Assembly (NCBI GenBank): GCA_041642035.1
Contig: JBEPXC010000001.1
Coordinates: 6,304 to 70,303 of the forward strand
Source of the DNA: Sphingobacteriia bacterium
GTDB lineage: Bacteria > Bacteroidota > Bacteroidia > Bacteroidales > UBA7960
Direction: 5' to 3'
Length of the DNA stretch: 64,000 nucleotides
The translations under genes were made by a program, and so were the position numbers. Below are positions 37,224 to 48,700 of the stretch, in pieces. The stretch's first letter is position 1. Every line of letters begins with the position of its first letter. The notes beneath the pieces were generated by a model. That model saw only the letters and a list, made by a program, of their open reading frames with translations. It was not told where the DNA came from and did not search any database.

Positions 37224-39434
37224 CTAAGACTCTTTTCTGTTGAGGATTTCCATTACTTCAACAAAATCATCCTTTTTGAAAGGTTTGGTAAGGTATTCAT
37301 CAAGACCCAGGGAAATGTATTTTTCCCTGTCTCCTTCAAATGCATTGGCGCTAAGGCCTACAATAGGAGGTAAGTTCGTGTGTGTCAAACGAAGCTGTTT
37401 GGTGGAGGTTATGCCATCCATAACGGGCATTTGAATATCCATCAGGATGAGATCAAATTTTCCTGGCTCATAGATATCAAGAGCTTTTTGACCATTTTCG
37501 GCAATCTCCACCTGGTGACCGAAGGAAGTCAGCAAGAGCCTGATAACTTTTTGATTTACCACATTATCTTCCGCCAAAAGGATTTTCATTTCCTTAAACC
37601 CGGTGTCTTGTGAAGGTGTTATCTGGTCTGCAAAAAATTGGTCCTCACCAATTGCGGCAATAAAAGTAAACCAAAAGGTGCTCCCTTTTCCATAGGTGCT
37701 CTCTACTCCAATTTCACCTCCCTGCAGTTCTGCCAGTTCCTTGCAAATAGAAAGTCCCAGTCCTGTGCCTTCGTAATCGCGCTGGTCGCTCTCATGAATT
37801 TGTGCAAAGGGCCTGAAAAGAACCTTTTGTTTCTCGGCTGTGATGCCAAGCCCGGTATCGGTAATAGATATTTTTAAAAAAATCTCCTTGTTGTTGGAAA
37901 GATTCTTTATTTTCTCTGCATGCAGGGATATTTTACCTTTAGGGGTAAATTTAACACTATTGGATATTAAATTATTGGTCATCTGAATGATGCGGTTCTT
38001 GTCGGCCATGATCATGGAGGGAATATTGGGATCGCAACTATACTCGAAGATCAGCAGGTTTCCTGCAAGGCTTTTAAATATGCTTTCTGCCTGCAGTACA
38101 ATATCACCAAAGTCAAAGACTTTTTTGTTAAGCTGAACTTTTCCCGCTTCAATTTTTGAGTAATCAAGAACCTGGTTGATGATTTCTCTTAGATTTTCTC
38201 CAGAGTGTTTAAGAATATTAATGTATTCCAATTGTTCTTTATTGAGCGATGAATGTTCCAGGATATCAACCATACCTAGTATTCCTGTAAGGGGAGTACG
38301 AATCTCGTGGCTCATATTGGCCAGGAAATTCTGCTTGAACCGAATCATTTCTCCTTGTTTTTCAATTTCTTCCAATCGTGATCGAAGCTCTGCCTGAGAA
38401 GTGGCGAGCATTTCGTTTTTACTGTTAATAATATTATTGGAACTGATCAGGTTGTTGTTCAATATCCTGAGTTCCTTTGTTTTTTTGTTAACAAGGTACT
38501 TGAGAATAAGTGAAGTAATAAGTAAAGTAATGACGACCAACACCACAATAAAAATTGCCCAACGGTATCTATAAAAGTAGTTCGTTGACATCTCATCTTC
38601 ATAAACACCAAGCCACTTCTCATGGATTTGATGATATTCGTCACTTGCCTTGAGAATATGTAGCCCCGCGTTGAGTATGTATAACAAATCTTCATTCCCT
38701 TCCCTGACAGCGATACAATAATCATTGGGAAAGAAATGTAATCCCTGGGGCTGAATTTGCTGATATTGGTTTAGATTTATTTCGTATAAACCAGGTAGTT
38801 TCAACACGGCAGCATATTCGTATTCCCCTAGTTCGACCAACCTTAAAGCTTCACTTACTGTTGATACATGGACAAGTTTAATGCTTATGTCAAGCCCTTC
38901 GAGGTATTCAGCAATAATATCTGCCTTTTGTACCAGCACCTCCTTGCCTGCCAGTTCGTTCAGGCTGTTTACCATTATATTCTGTCCGGAAAAAATGTCC
39001 CCTACGCTGACACTGTGTCTCGAAGTAAATTCGTATAATTTATCGCGTTCTGTAGAATAGAACATTCCCGATATAGCATCTATTTCACCTTTTTCAAGAG
39101 ATTCACGAACTTTTCCCCAGCTGTCAAGCTTTATCTCTACCTCCAATCCCATAGCTTTTCCTGCTGCTTTCGCAATATCGATGTTGAAACCGGTTGGCTG
39201 GCCATTTTCCCCCATAAAACTATAAGGTGGAAAATTGACATCGTCCCCAATGACAATTTTACCCCTTTGATAAATTATTTCTTTATTTCCGTTGTCATTT
39301 GCATATAAACTAAAAATAGAGCAAGTGGTAATAAAGAAAAACAACAGGATTCTTTGCACGTAAGCAAGGGTGTGTATTGTATGACGCAACAAATACTTGG
39401 GGAAATTATTAATTGTACAATGCGAGTGTATCAT
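37224..39434 (-). CDS. Hybrid sensor histidine kinase/response regulator with a periplasmic solute-binding (SBP_bac_3-like) sensor domain
   Basis: The N-terminal periplasmic domain ([20 protein letters not shown]) is followed by a TM segment, a coiled coil, HisKA [14 protein letters not shown], HATPase ([16 protein letters not shown]) and REC ([14 protein letters not shown]). Confidence 0.9.
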   Translation of the reverse strand: [736 protein letters not shown]

Positions 39435-39630
39435 AATTGTATTTCAAGACCTACAATTCCAGGATTGAGGAGTTTTGGGCTAAAGAGCATTTAAACTTTT
39501 TTATGTGTGCAAAAATACAACAATTATGCAGTTTAAAAGCAAATTAGTTTATTTTGAATATATGAAATCTGAGCTAGTGAGGACTCATGCAATAGGGGCG
39601 AATCAATGCTTTGATAAGGCAATGGTGAGT

Positions 39631-40563
39631 TTAATTATTTTGTATTCTTCCCACTAGGATGCCGGTAACTCTGTTCATTGGTTTTAGGTACTGGCTCAAT
39701 GGAACTGGGGATATCTCCACCTGGTTGGAGCGGGTCGAGGCATGAATGAGGAAGAGTCGGCCATTCTTTTTCAAAGCAATGCCGGTATGAGAAACATCCA
39801 GTCCTTCCATATCAGTAGTAAAAGCAATGATATCTCCATTTAAAATTATGTTTTCCAATGATGAAATGTCTTTCTTTGGTATGTAATTCATTTCAATGGA
39901 TGAAACTCTTTTTTCGATGGCTCTAATGCTATCAATAACTGCCTGATTCTTTAGTTGGGGGTAATACGAAGGATTTTTACTCATAAAGCTCAGTGTCGGA
40001 CGATATGCCTTTGTTCCAATGGAGTCACCTAGCATGGTTATGACGCCTTTTTGAGCATTATTATATAACCATTCGCTAAAATAATGCAATCGTGACGGAT
40101 ATCCTTTAATGATCCCGTCACGATATCGGATAAAGGCAAGGTTTTGAATGAAACTGGCAAAGCGCATATCCTGACTTTTAATGCTTAGGCTCATGGCAAG
40201 GACGTATTCTACAAATGTGGTGCAATCCATCCCCCGCAAGTTTACAACCAACTGTTCTTCTTCCGGTATCTCAAGAGTAAATGCAGCATAGGGAGTCTGA
40301 ATAAAATGAGTGGCGATAGATGTCATAAGATCACCAATGGATGTATTGTCAAAAGCACTGTTTTCGAATGCTTCGATGGCTTGTTCATAAATCAGAATAT
40401 CCTCTTCCAGAGCAAAAACCTTCAATTCTGCTGGTTGATTCTCTTTTGATTCATCTCTCATCGGGGGTGGGTTCACCTCAGTTTGAGAAGTTTGCCCTAT
40501 TTGGCAGGACAACACAAAGCCTAAGGTAATGAAGAGAAAAAATGAGACCTTATTTAATTTCAT
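39631..40563 (-). CDS. DUF1460 domain-containing protein (amidase-like), lipoprotein/secreted
   Basis: Signal peptide ending in C. RGMDCTTFVEYVLAMSL and FLIHAS motifs are typical of DUF1460. Confidence 0.7.
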   Translation of the reverse strand: MKLNKVSFFLFITLGFVLSCQIGQTSQTEVNPPPMRDESKENQPAELKVFALEEDILIYEQAIEAFENSAFDNTSIGDLMTSIATHFIQTPYAAFTLEIPEEEQLVVNLRGMDCTTFVEYVLAMSLSIKSQDMRFASFIQNLAFIRYRDGIIKGYPSRLHYFSEWLYNNAQKGVITMLGDSIGTKAYRPTLSFMSKNPSYYPQLKNQAVIDSIRAIEKRVSSIEMNYIPKKDISSLENIILNGDIIAFTTDMEGLDVSHTGIALKKNGRLFLIHASTRSNQVEISPVPLSQYLKPMNRVTGILVGRIQNN

Positions 40564-40949
40564 GGATGAGGTTGATTTATCTATGGATAACTTTTGTTTC
40601 TTACATATAATGGTTAGTGCAACCTTCAGTGGCGGATTGGGAGTCAGGAGGTTGGGGAATTCATAATGAACTATCCTATATCAGTTGCGAACATACTATA
40701 TGCATAATTCCTGCTTACTTTCAACGATCCCAAAGTTAATGGGTTTTCCTTCTGAATCCAATTCCAATCGCGGTATTATTTCAACCTTGTTAATGCTATT
40801 CATATCGTGTAAAATGGCATTTTTATCAAGATATTTCTCATTAAATATTTCACGAAGCGCTACACCTCTGGCACCTTTACACCCACCCCACTAAAAAAAA
40901 GCCCCCGTGCATATTACACAGAGGCTGTCCATTTCTCTCTAAAGAGTGA

Positions 40950-41792
40950 TTAATTTACAAAATCAGCATTCTGAAGATATTCCAGGCTTTTCTTTACACT
41001 TTCGAGAGGTTCGTAATTATATTTTTCAACTTCGACTACTATGTATTCCATACCTGCAAGTTCGGTATATTCAAATATTTGTTCGAAGTTGATCTCTCCG
41101 CTGGCGCCCACTTCTGCTTCATCTTTCACATGCCAGTTTTCAAAACGTCCTGGATATCTGGTGATGTAATCAACAGGATTTTTTCCTCCTTCATGTACCC
41201 AGTAGAGGTCCATCTGGAACATTACTTTGGTGGGATCTGTATTTAAAAGCATATAGTCGTATATAACTTCGCCTTCGAGCTCTGAAAATTCCCCATCATG
41301 GTTGTGGTATCCGAAACGGATGCCCTGTGCATTACATTTTTCACCCACAGCATTGAAATAATCGCAATACCTTTTCAAGCCTTCGAGGCTTTCATAGCCT
41401 TCCTTGCTCATCGAGGGTTGCACAATATACTCAACACCCGCTGCTTTATGGGCAGCAATTGCTGTATCCCACCATGTCATGGTTTGATCCCAATTCTCTT
41501 CGGAAGGCAAATCCTGTCCGGCATGAGAACCTAGAAAAGCCATACCATTGGCTTCAACAAGGTCTTTAAATTCAATGGGGTCCATGCCATAGAACAAACC
41601 ATCACCATACCCAGCTGCTTCAACAAAGCCATAACCCATATCACCCAAAGCGGTCAGGGTGCCACTGGCATCAGTTTCCATGTTTTCACGTACCGACCAA
41701 AGTTGGATACCGATAAATTTCTCTGTTTCCTTTTTCTCTCCATTACAAGAAAACAACAGAAAAGAAAGTGCAATCAACATAATGTTTCTCAT
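40950..41792 (-). CDS. Sugar phosphate isomerase/epimerase (xylose isomerase-like TIM barrel), lipoprotein
   Basis: LLFSCNG lipobox. IGIQLWSVRE..LGDMGYGFVEAAGY, YHNHDGEF and WHVKD motifs. Confidence 0.8.
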   Translation of the reverse strand: MRNIMLIALSFLLFSCNGEKKETEKFIGIQLWSVRENMETDASGTLTALGDMGYGFVEAAGYGDGLFYGMDPIEFKDLVEANGMAFLGSHAGQDLPSEENWDQTMTWWDTAIAAHKAAGVEYIVQPSMSKEGYESLEGLKRYCDYFNAVGEKCNAQGIRFGYHNHDGEFSELEGEVIYDYMLLNTDPTKVMFQMDLYWVHEGGKNPVDYITRYPGRFENWHVKDEAEVGASGEINFEQIFEYTELAGMEYIVVEVEKYNYEPLESVKKSLEYLQNADFVN

Positions 41793-41954
41793 CTTCGTTT
41801 TTAATTTAATTCGTTAACTTAATAGGGGAAATTCTTAAATAGCTTAACTCCCAAATATAGTAAATATTTATGGGTTTTGGTATAAGGAAACAATGCATTG
41901 CATCTGCAAGTGATGTCATCTTCCCGACAAAAGCAATACCACAGGCTGTGCCCG

Positions 41955-43604
41955 TTAATCGTAGTTTATTTTCACATCCCTGAACATAAATGGATTGCTA
42001 CTTACCTTTAAATCCTTGCCGCTAGCGATGGACACGTTTTTTAGAATGACTTCGCGGGTAATGACGTAGGGATACTTTTCTTCGTAGGTATCGTCGGTCA
42101 GTTTTGAATTAAAATTGCCGAATATTGTGGGCCCTCGATACCCTTGAGGATGATTGGAATCGTCGATAATAAGATTTTCAATGGTAATCCGTTCTGGCAT
42201 ATAACAGGTGTAGCCGAAATTATGTTGCCCGGAATTGAATCCGCCGAACAGGCTTGCGGTTGTCGACCTGCCAACTTCAGGTACGAATACGCAGTTGCGG
42301 ATGATGAATTCTCCCTGCCAGGTGCTACCATAGTCAGAGCGCAGATTGATGAGGTTTTTTGCGTAAATAGTGGAGTTCTCTACGATAAAGGTTCCGCTGC
42401 CAATGGCGTTTATTCCCTGATGGCCCAGAGTAGAGTTGCGAATGCTGGCATTGACAACGCCCATGTGGGCATCGAAGCGGGAAAAGGTGCAATTGTCGTA
42501 AAGAAGATTCTTGCTAAAGTTGGATCCCATGATACCCCAATACCTGCTGTTATGGATGTCATTGGTCTGGCTGCAGTTTATAAAAGAAACATTAAGGGCC
42601 CGGTTGACGGATATGTCGTAGCTGCCCATCGAGACCGAAACACCCGCAGAGCCCATGGTGTGGTATCTCTTGCGACCCGTAAGGATAGTGTTTTGTACCG
42701 TAACATTAGAGCAGTTACCGATATTGATGAAGCCCCCATAAGGCGCACCATGCTCACCTTCGCCGGTGACATGATGTTCCAGTCCATCAATAACAACAGT
42801 TGAACGCCTGATTGCTATTCCCCTGCTGTAGTAAGTGTATTTCGATTCTGCCTTGTTGGCAATGGTGGTGAAATGTCCTCCTGTGATGTTCAGCGTCGTT
42901 TGGTCAACAGGAAGTGCGGTGATCTCTGTGATCTGGTCGAAATCCCAAATAATCGGAGCGTTTAGGTCAACATTACCCTCTTTATCAACGATAAAGATAT
43001 CTGTCTGCGGGGACCCGCTATTTTGGTTTGGCCCATAGCGGATGTATCTGCTAATGTTGGAATTGGTGACAGTTATAAGGCATGCACCGGGCAAGGAAAC
43101 ATCAATTTTCTCCTGACTTCTTTTAAGAGAGGATACCCCTAAAAGCTTGAATGGTTGCCTGCCGGAACTAATCAGGAATACATTTGATTTACGATTTTGA
43201 ACCTCAGTATCATCGATGATAAAGGCAGCCTTACCAAAATCAGTCTGTGTCTGGATGACTACAGTACGGTCCTTTCCACTGATATAATACGTGGCATCAT
43301 CACCAGCTTTCACAGGCAGGCCTTGCTGATTGGCAAAGGCATGCGTCGCCGCAATAGCATCTATATCATCAGTTTTTCCGTCACCTGCGGCTCCGAAATC
43401 ACTATAGCGGACCAACCCATTGGCTTTGAATTTGATAACATCTTCGGGGGATACATTTATCTGCAAATTCCCATTCTCAATGGAGCGTACAAAGGTTGTA
43501 TCCTTTTGGTATGTTATCACCACGTTTTCAAGTGGGTCATTATTCTGCCCCATACTTGTTAAACCTAAAAACAACAGAAAATACCGGAGCATGTATCTTA
43601 TCAT
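41955..43604 (-). CDS. Right-handed parallel beta-helix (pectate-lyase superfamily) protein, secreted
   Basis: RYSDFGAAGDGKTDDIDAIAATHAFAN is the typical N-terminal motif of the pectate_lyase_3/GH55-like family. The remainder is repetitive and N/G/S-rich. Confidence 0.7.
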   Translation of the reverse strand: MIRYMLRYFLLFLGLTSMGQNNDPLENVVITYQKDTTFVRSIENGNLQINVSPEDVIKFKANGLVRYSDFGAAGDGKTDDIDAIAATHAFANQQGLPVKAGDDATYYISGKDRTVVIQTQTDFGKAAFIIDDTEVQNRKSNVFLISSGRQPFKLLGVSSLKRSQEKIDVSLPGACLITVTNSNISRYIRYGPNQNSGSPQTDIFIVDKEGNVDLNAPIIWDFDQITEITALPVDQTTLNITGGHFTTIANKAESKYTYYSRGIAIRRSTVVIDGLEHHVTGEGEHGAPYGGFINIGNCSNVTVQNTILTGRKRYHTMGSAGVSVSMGSYDISVNRALNVSFINCSQTNDIHNSRYWGIMGSNFSKNLLYDNCTFSRFDAHMGVVNASIRNSTLGHQGINAIGSGTFIVENSTIYAKNLINLRSDYGSTWQGEFIIRNCVFVPEVGRSTTASLFGGFNSGQHNFGYTCYMPERITIENLIIDDSNHPQGYRGPTIFGNFNSKLTDDTYEEKYPYVITREVILKNVSIASGKDLKVSSNPFMFRDVKINYD

Positions 43605-43750
43605 GATGTATTTTTTAAATTTAATTATTTATGTTGGCCAAAATAAATTATCCCATAGTATCGTTGGACAGTGGCTTTTGTTTAGGATTACAACCAGATT
43701 GGCATATACAGAATCAATTATCATACCCTTTTCTAATGAACTAAAAACTT

Positions 43751-45397
43751 CTATTGATGTTCAAAAACAAGGGTTTTTGTACACGCATCGCATACTTCAG
43801 GTGGTCCGAAATACTGAATCGGCCCAGGGAATATATATTTAGTATTTATGGCCCAGTCATTTCGATTCGCGGCAAAAAACTTAAATGGCTTTCCATCCAG
43901 TTCTACTAAAGCTTTTCTGATAACAGGTTTTGCTTCTCCATGACGTTTTTCCAGATTCATCATACTCGTCATAGGGGTTCCTCCACATATCCAGTCTTGG
44001 GCTCTGCCAACAAGATTTCTAATGGATGCCATGTAGCCCGTTTTTTCGTTAGCAATAAGTATAGCGATTGTATAGCCCAAAGCATAGCAATAATTGGCAT
44101 CAAAGTTAGAAGGAGCTGCACATCGGCCCTCATATCCAAAGAAGTGATTTTGTGATGTAAATTTTCCTTTGTACATACCTGCCTGTCTGTATTGTTTAAG
44201 GCGAGCTTCAACCATTTTGATCAATAGCTTTTCCGTTTCAATTCTGGAAACCACCACATTTCCATGAGGATCGCGATCCATTATTAACTGATCAGAAATA
44301 TCGTTTGGAAGATTATCATAAAGATTTTCTGATTCACCTGAAAGCTTCACCGCGATAAACTCTCTTTTCTCCTGATCAGATTCGATGTTAAGGAATTCAT
44401 CATTGTGTTTGGCCAAAAGATCATTCAGCTCCTGAATAAGATTCTTAAATTGGGGGATAAACTCAATGATTCCTTCGGGGATCAATACGGTTCCAAAATT
44501 ATCTCCATTACCGGCACGTTGTACAATGATATCGGCTATAGAGTCAACCACCTGGGACAATGTCATTTTCTTTGCTTCAACTTCTTCGGAGATAAGAGCC
44601 ATATTGGGTTGGGTTTGCAAGGCACACTCCAGGGTAATATGTGATGCCGATCGGCCCATTAATTTAATGAAGTGCCAGTTCTTTTTTGCAGAATTGGCAT
44701 CACGCTGAATATTCCCGATAAGTTCACCATATACCTTGCATGCAGTATCAAAACCAAAGGAGGCCTCGATCATGTCATTTTTCAGGTCTCCATCAATAGT
44801 TTTGGGGCACCCGATTACCTGAATGCCAGAACCAACCTTTTTGTAATATTCGGCTAATACACAGGCATTGGTATTAGAGTCGTCGCCTCCCACGATCACC
44901 AATGCATTGATGCCAAGTTTTTTACAATTTTCCCATCCTTTATGAAATTGCTCTTTTTCTTCCAGCTTCGTACGACCTGAACCAATAATATCAAATCCAC
45001 CGGTGTTTCGATACTCATCTATACCATCATGGGTCAACTCACGGTATTGGTTATTAATAAGTCCTGAAGGTCCACCCAGAAATCCATACAGTTTACAATC
45101 GCTGTTCAGTTGTTTTAAACCGTCGAACAATCCTGAAATCACATTATGACCACCGGGTGCCTGGCCTCCGGATAAAATGATGCCCACTTTCACAGGCTTG
45201 AAATTCTTTTGCTCCTTAGATTCTTTAAAATTAAGTATTGGCAATCCATAAGTGTTAGGAAACAGATTCCTTATCTCACCCTTGTCTGTCTCTGGTTCAG
45301 AATTGTTTTCTTCAATGATTTCTATTGTTCCTGTTAAATTACGGGGTAATATGGGTTGATAACCTGAGCGTGCTTTTTGAAGTGGACTTTTGATCAT
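43751..45397 (-). CDS. pfp: Diphosphate--fructose-6-phosphate 1-phosphotransferase (PPi-dependent PFK)
   Basis: 548 aa. [43 protein letters not shown]. Confidence 0.9.
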   Translation of the reverse strand: MIKSPLQKARSGYQPILPRNLTGTIEIIEENNSEPETDKGEIRNLFPNTYGLPILNFKESKEQKNFKPVKVGIILSGGQAPGGHNVISGLFDGLKQLNSDCKLYGFLGGPSGLINNQYRELTHDGIDEYRNTGGFDIIGSGRTKLEEKEQFHKGWENCKKLGINALVIVGGDDSNTNACVLAEYYKKVGSGIQVIGCPKTIDGDLKNDMIEASFGFDTACKVYGELIGNIQRDANSAKKNWHFIKLMGRSASHITLECALQTQPNMALISEEVEAKKMTLSQVVDSIADIIVQRAGNGDNFGTVLIPEGIIEFIPQFKNLIQELNDLLAKHNDEFLNIESDQEKREFIAVKLSGESENLYDNLPNDISDQLIMDRDPHGNVVVSRIETEKLLIKMVEARLKQYRQAGMYKGKFTSQNHFFGYEGRCAAPSNFDANYCYALGYTIAILIANEKTGYMASIRNLVGRAQDWICGGTPMTSMMNLEKRHGEAKPVIRKALVELDGKPFKFFAANRNDWAINTKYIFPGPIQYFGPPEVCDACTKTLVFEHQ

Positions 45398-45761
45398 TTG
45401 AATGCTTTTATGAGTAAATGTTTTAATGTAAATAAACTCCCAGTAAATAATTCAACGGGGCAGCTCTTTACTGGTGTAGCAATAACATCTCAGACCGTTT
45501 GTCCCGATAAGCTGAAGATACTCATTTTTATACTTGAACTCAGTCGTTAATGTTTCATATTTCGTCCATATGACCCACACGTTGGCTCTGGAGCTGTAAG
45601 AACAGTTGATATTTTCATGGCGGATTCATCTTGTCTTAATGATACCAACCCAAGGAATCATTCAATGAGGATCAGGAAAACCATAAAGCAGAAGCTTTCA
45701 AATAATGAAAACGATCGGGAAAATGAGTCTTTAAACAAACGTCAATAATCCTGCCGGGCCA

Positions 45762-48700
45762 CTACTCATCCGAAATCTTCAAAATAAACAACAACTTTAA
45801 TCCTGCGGATGAAAAGTTGGTGTTCTCATAGTTCAACACTTCGGTAGAGGCAAGGTTTCCGCCTTGATCAAAATAAGTGATTGTGTACCTGGCATCAATA
45901 TCATCTACCACCTGTTGGGTTTGCGATGTATTGGCTGTTTCAAACAGGATGAGATTGCTACCATAGACATCTTCCCAACCAGTCGGTTGATCGGGTGGTT
46001 GCATATAAGAAAAAATATCCTTCAACCAGTAGGTTTTGATTTTTTCTTCTATACGGGCGAGATAGGTGGAATAAATCAACCGTTCTTCATAATGCCCAGG
46101 TGAAACTTCATAGTACTCCACAAATTCGTTCAGGAAATAGTACTTTTTCTCTTGTTCGGTTATTTTTAGGTTTCCTGTAATTATATCATGTTCAAATGTT
46201 TGGGCATACACGGTGCTGTCTTTCATGGTGGGTACACCCGTAACGATCCCTTCATCAAAAATTAACGAATAGGAGCTTCTGACTTGGTAAGTCTGCCCGG
46301 AGATGACTTCCTTTACCGTAGCTCCCTTTACTTCGTAAGATGTCATATGTGTTGAATTCTGCAGAAAGAGAGCACTGGGATTCCCCATAAATATATATTC
46401 AGAAATAGTACTACCGGATGATGCAGACTCAAAAGTATGTGTAATCGGGCTGTTGCCATTGTAGATGTTTAGCATAACAGTCTTTTCCACATTCAGCAAC
46501 GGCATAGCAGTAAGTTCAAAAGATGCGTCAAAATTATCCATAAGGCTGCTGACGCCTATGTATCTTTTGTTGAGAAGAAGAATATAGCCGTAGTTCCGGA
46601 ATTCGGATTCCTGATTGTCACGGGTACGGGCATCCAGCAGAAAGTTGAACTCGGTAGAGTCGGAGATATCAAGAAATTCCATCTTCTTTTTCTTGTAATC
46701 CCAGGTAACATAATACACCATATCATTGTAAGAGAATTCATGGTTGCGTTTGTAGTTGACCAACAGCATGGTATCCGGGTTTAAATTTTCGAGCAATACC
46801 ACTTTTGAGGCCAGGTAGGGAATTGAAATACTGAATTCATCAGTTTGGATGGGATTATCGCCGGGTTTGATGAGGTAATTAACAGGGTAGGTATAAGTAT
46901 CTTTATTTTTCGGATCCTGTAAGTATGCAAAAGGATTTCCTTCGGTATTGATTATAGTAAATTTCTCATTTTCACCTGAATGAATATACTTTACGTAATC
47001 TTCATACTCATCACCCAAAATTCCACCCAGGTGGCTACTTACAAAATTGCCCAGGTAAAGCCGCCATCCGCCCAGCCAAGGGGTTTCTCTCAGTAATGCT
47101 GCGGGTTCCAGCTTCGATTCATCGGGTCGGTAACTTCGCAGATAATGCAGAAACGTGCCGGCAAGGTACTGATGATTCAGCTGGCCCAGTAAATTGTTGG
47201 TCAGCAGGGTGCGGTCTGAAGCATCCCACGAATTGGCAAGGTATTGAAAAGCATAGTTTTTACCTGTTCTGCCGCTAAGCAGTGTAGCTTCTGACTCAGT
47301 CAGTGGAATATCATCATCATTCCAGACAATCCTATCGCTTAGGGTAGCGTGGGCTTCCATCCAGAAGCTATTCCCGGCATGGGCTGAAATGTAATAATCC
47401 TGGGTGTAGTGCATGTATTCATGAGCAAGCACCTGCATCAACTCCACAGGGGTAAGAATTTTGGCATCAATAAGCACATAACCAAACATCATCCCCTGCA
47501 AACCTACCACACCGGCATCATCCATCATTTTTATATAAACTGAAAATTTTCCTGACGGTACCTGTAGATTCAATGACTGATATTTGGCCATTATTTTGGG
47601 TAGAAACTCGGTTACATCCTGCACCATTTCAGGGTATCCGGTAATATGCCACGGCTGTGGCGATTGTTTGCGGTCGTAACCGTATGTCATAAACTGCACA
47701 TCATCGTCCTTGAAAAATACTTTGATATTATTGCGCTCATACACATCGGTATAGCCCCATTTGGCAGCGGGGTCAAACCAGATGGAAAGCTTGGTAAGGT
47801 GATCAGTTAAGAAAGTTAAGGTGCTGTCCTGCAAACTCAGCTGAGAGCTTTCGAATGGTTGCCAGTTGCGGCCTTTATCGTCATAATAAACCGCTCTGAA
47901 TTTGTCGATATCAGTTTCAGTAACCATCTCTTTATCATAGTTTTTCAGTTTGATAATCAGCGGCATAACAAATTCATCGGCGAAACTAACGGTAACATCA
48001 TAGGTTGAACCGGCAATTACCCCTTCAGGTGCGGGGGGTGGATTTTCCAGTTTGGTTATGGTGAGACGAAAATCTTCATCGTGGAAATTTTGCGGAACAA
48101 TCACTTCAATGCTGTCCACACTCACACTCATGAGTTCTTCGGTTACATTGATGATCTCATTAAAAAGCACTATACCCGGGGCATCAACCTTTAACGGCTG
48201 GCTGCGGAGCGGGGCACAGTCGGTTTCGGCTATGACACATCTATACCAGGCATCATTTACAGGATTAAGGATCAATTCGTCGCTGCTTATGCTTTTAACA
48301 TTGGCTTTCAGGCCGGCATCAACCATATCATCGCTTACCCGTGCCCATGATTCTCCGTCAACAGAGGCTTCCCAGTAAACTTCCCCCCTTTTCACTTTCA
48401 GTGGCGGAACAAGGGTTACAGTGCCATCACTAATTGAGCTTCCTGATATGGATGCAAGCGATGTTACATACTCATCTGCATACTCATCTGCCAGTATCTC
48501 TTCATCAGTTGCCATCTGGAAAGAGATGGCGGCAGTATTGAGATATTCCAGGCAAACCCCTTCTACCAAAGATCCCATGTAATCGAAATGGAAGTTAGGT
48601 ACGTTGGGATTAAAAACCTTACAGTAATATTGTTCGTTGATGTTGTTTTCGTTGATAACCAGTTCAAGTATTGGATTATTTTCCACTCCGGCAAACCGCT

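Noticed and set aside
40696-40890. Unlisted minus-strand open frame reading ..GARGVALREIFNEKYLDKNAILHDMNSINKVEIIPRLELDSEGKPINFGIVESKQELCI
   Set aside because: It looks protein-like, but it has no plausible start before the internal Met (which would leave 35 aa) and no motif I can assign. It is possibly a gene fragment, with too little evidence to call.
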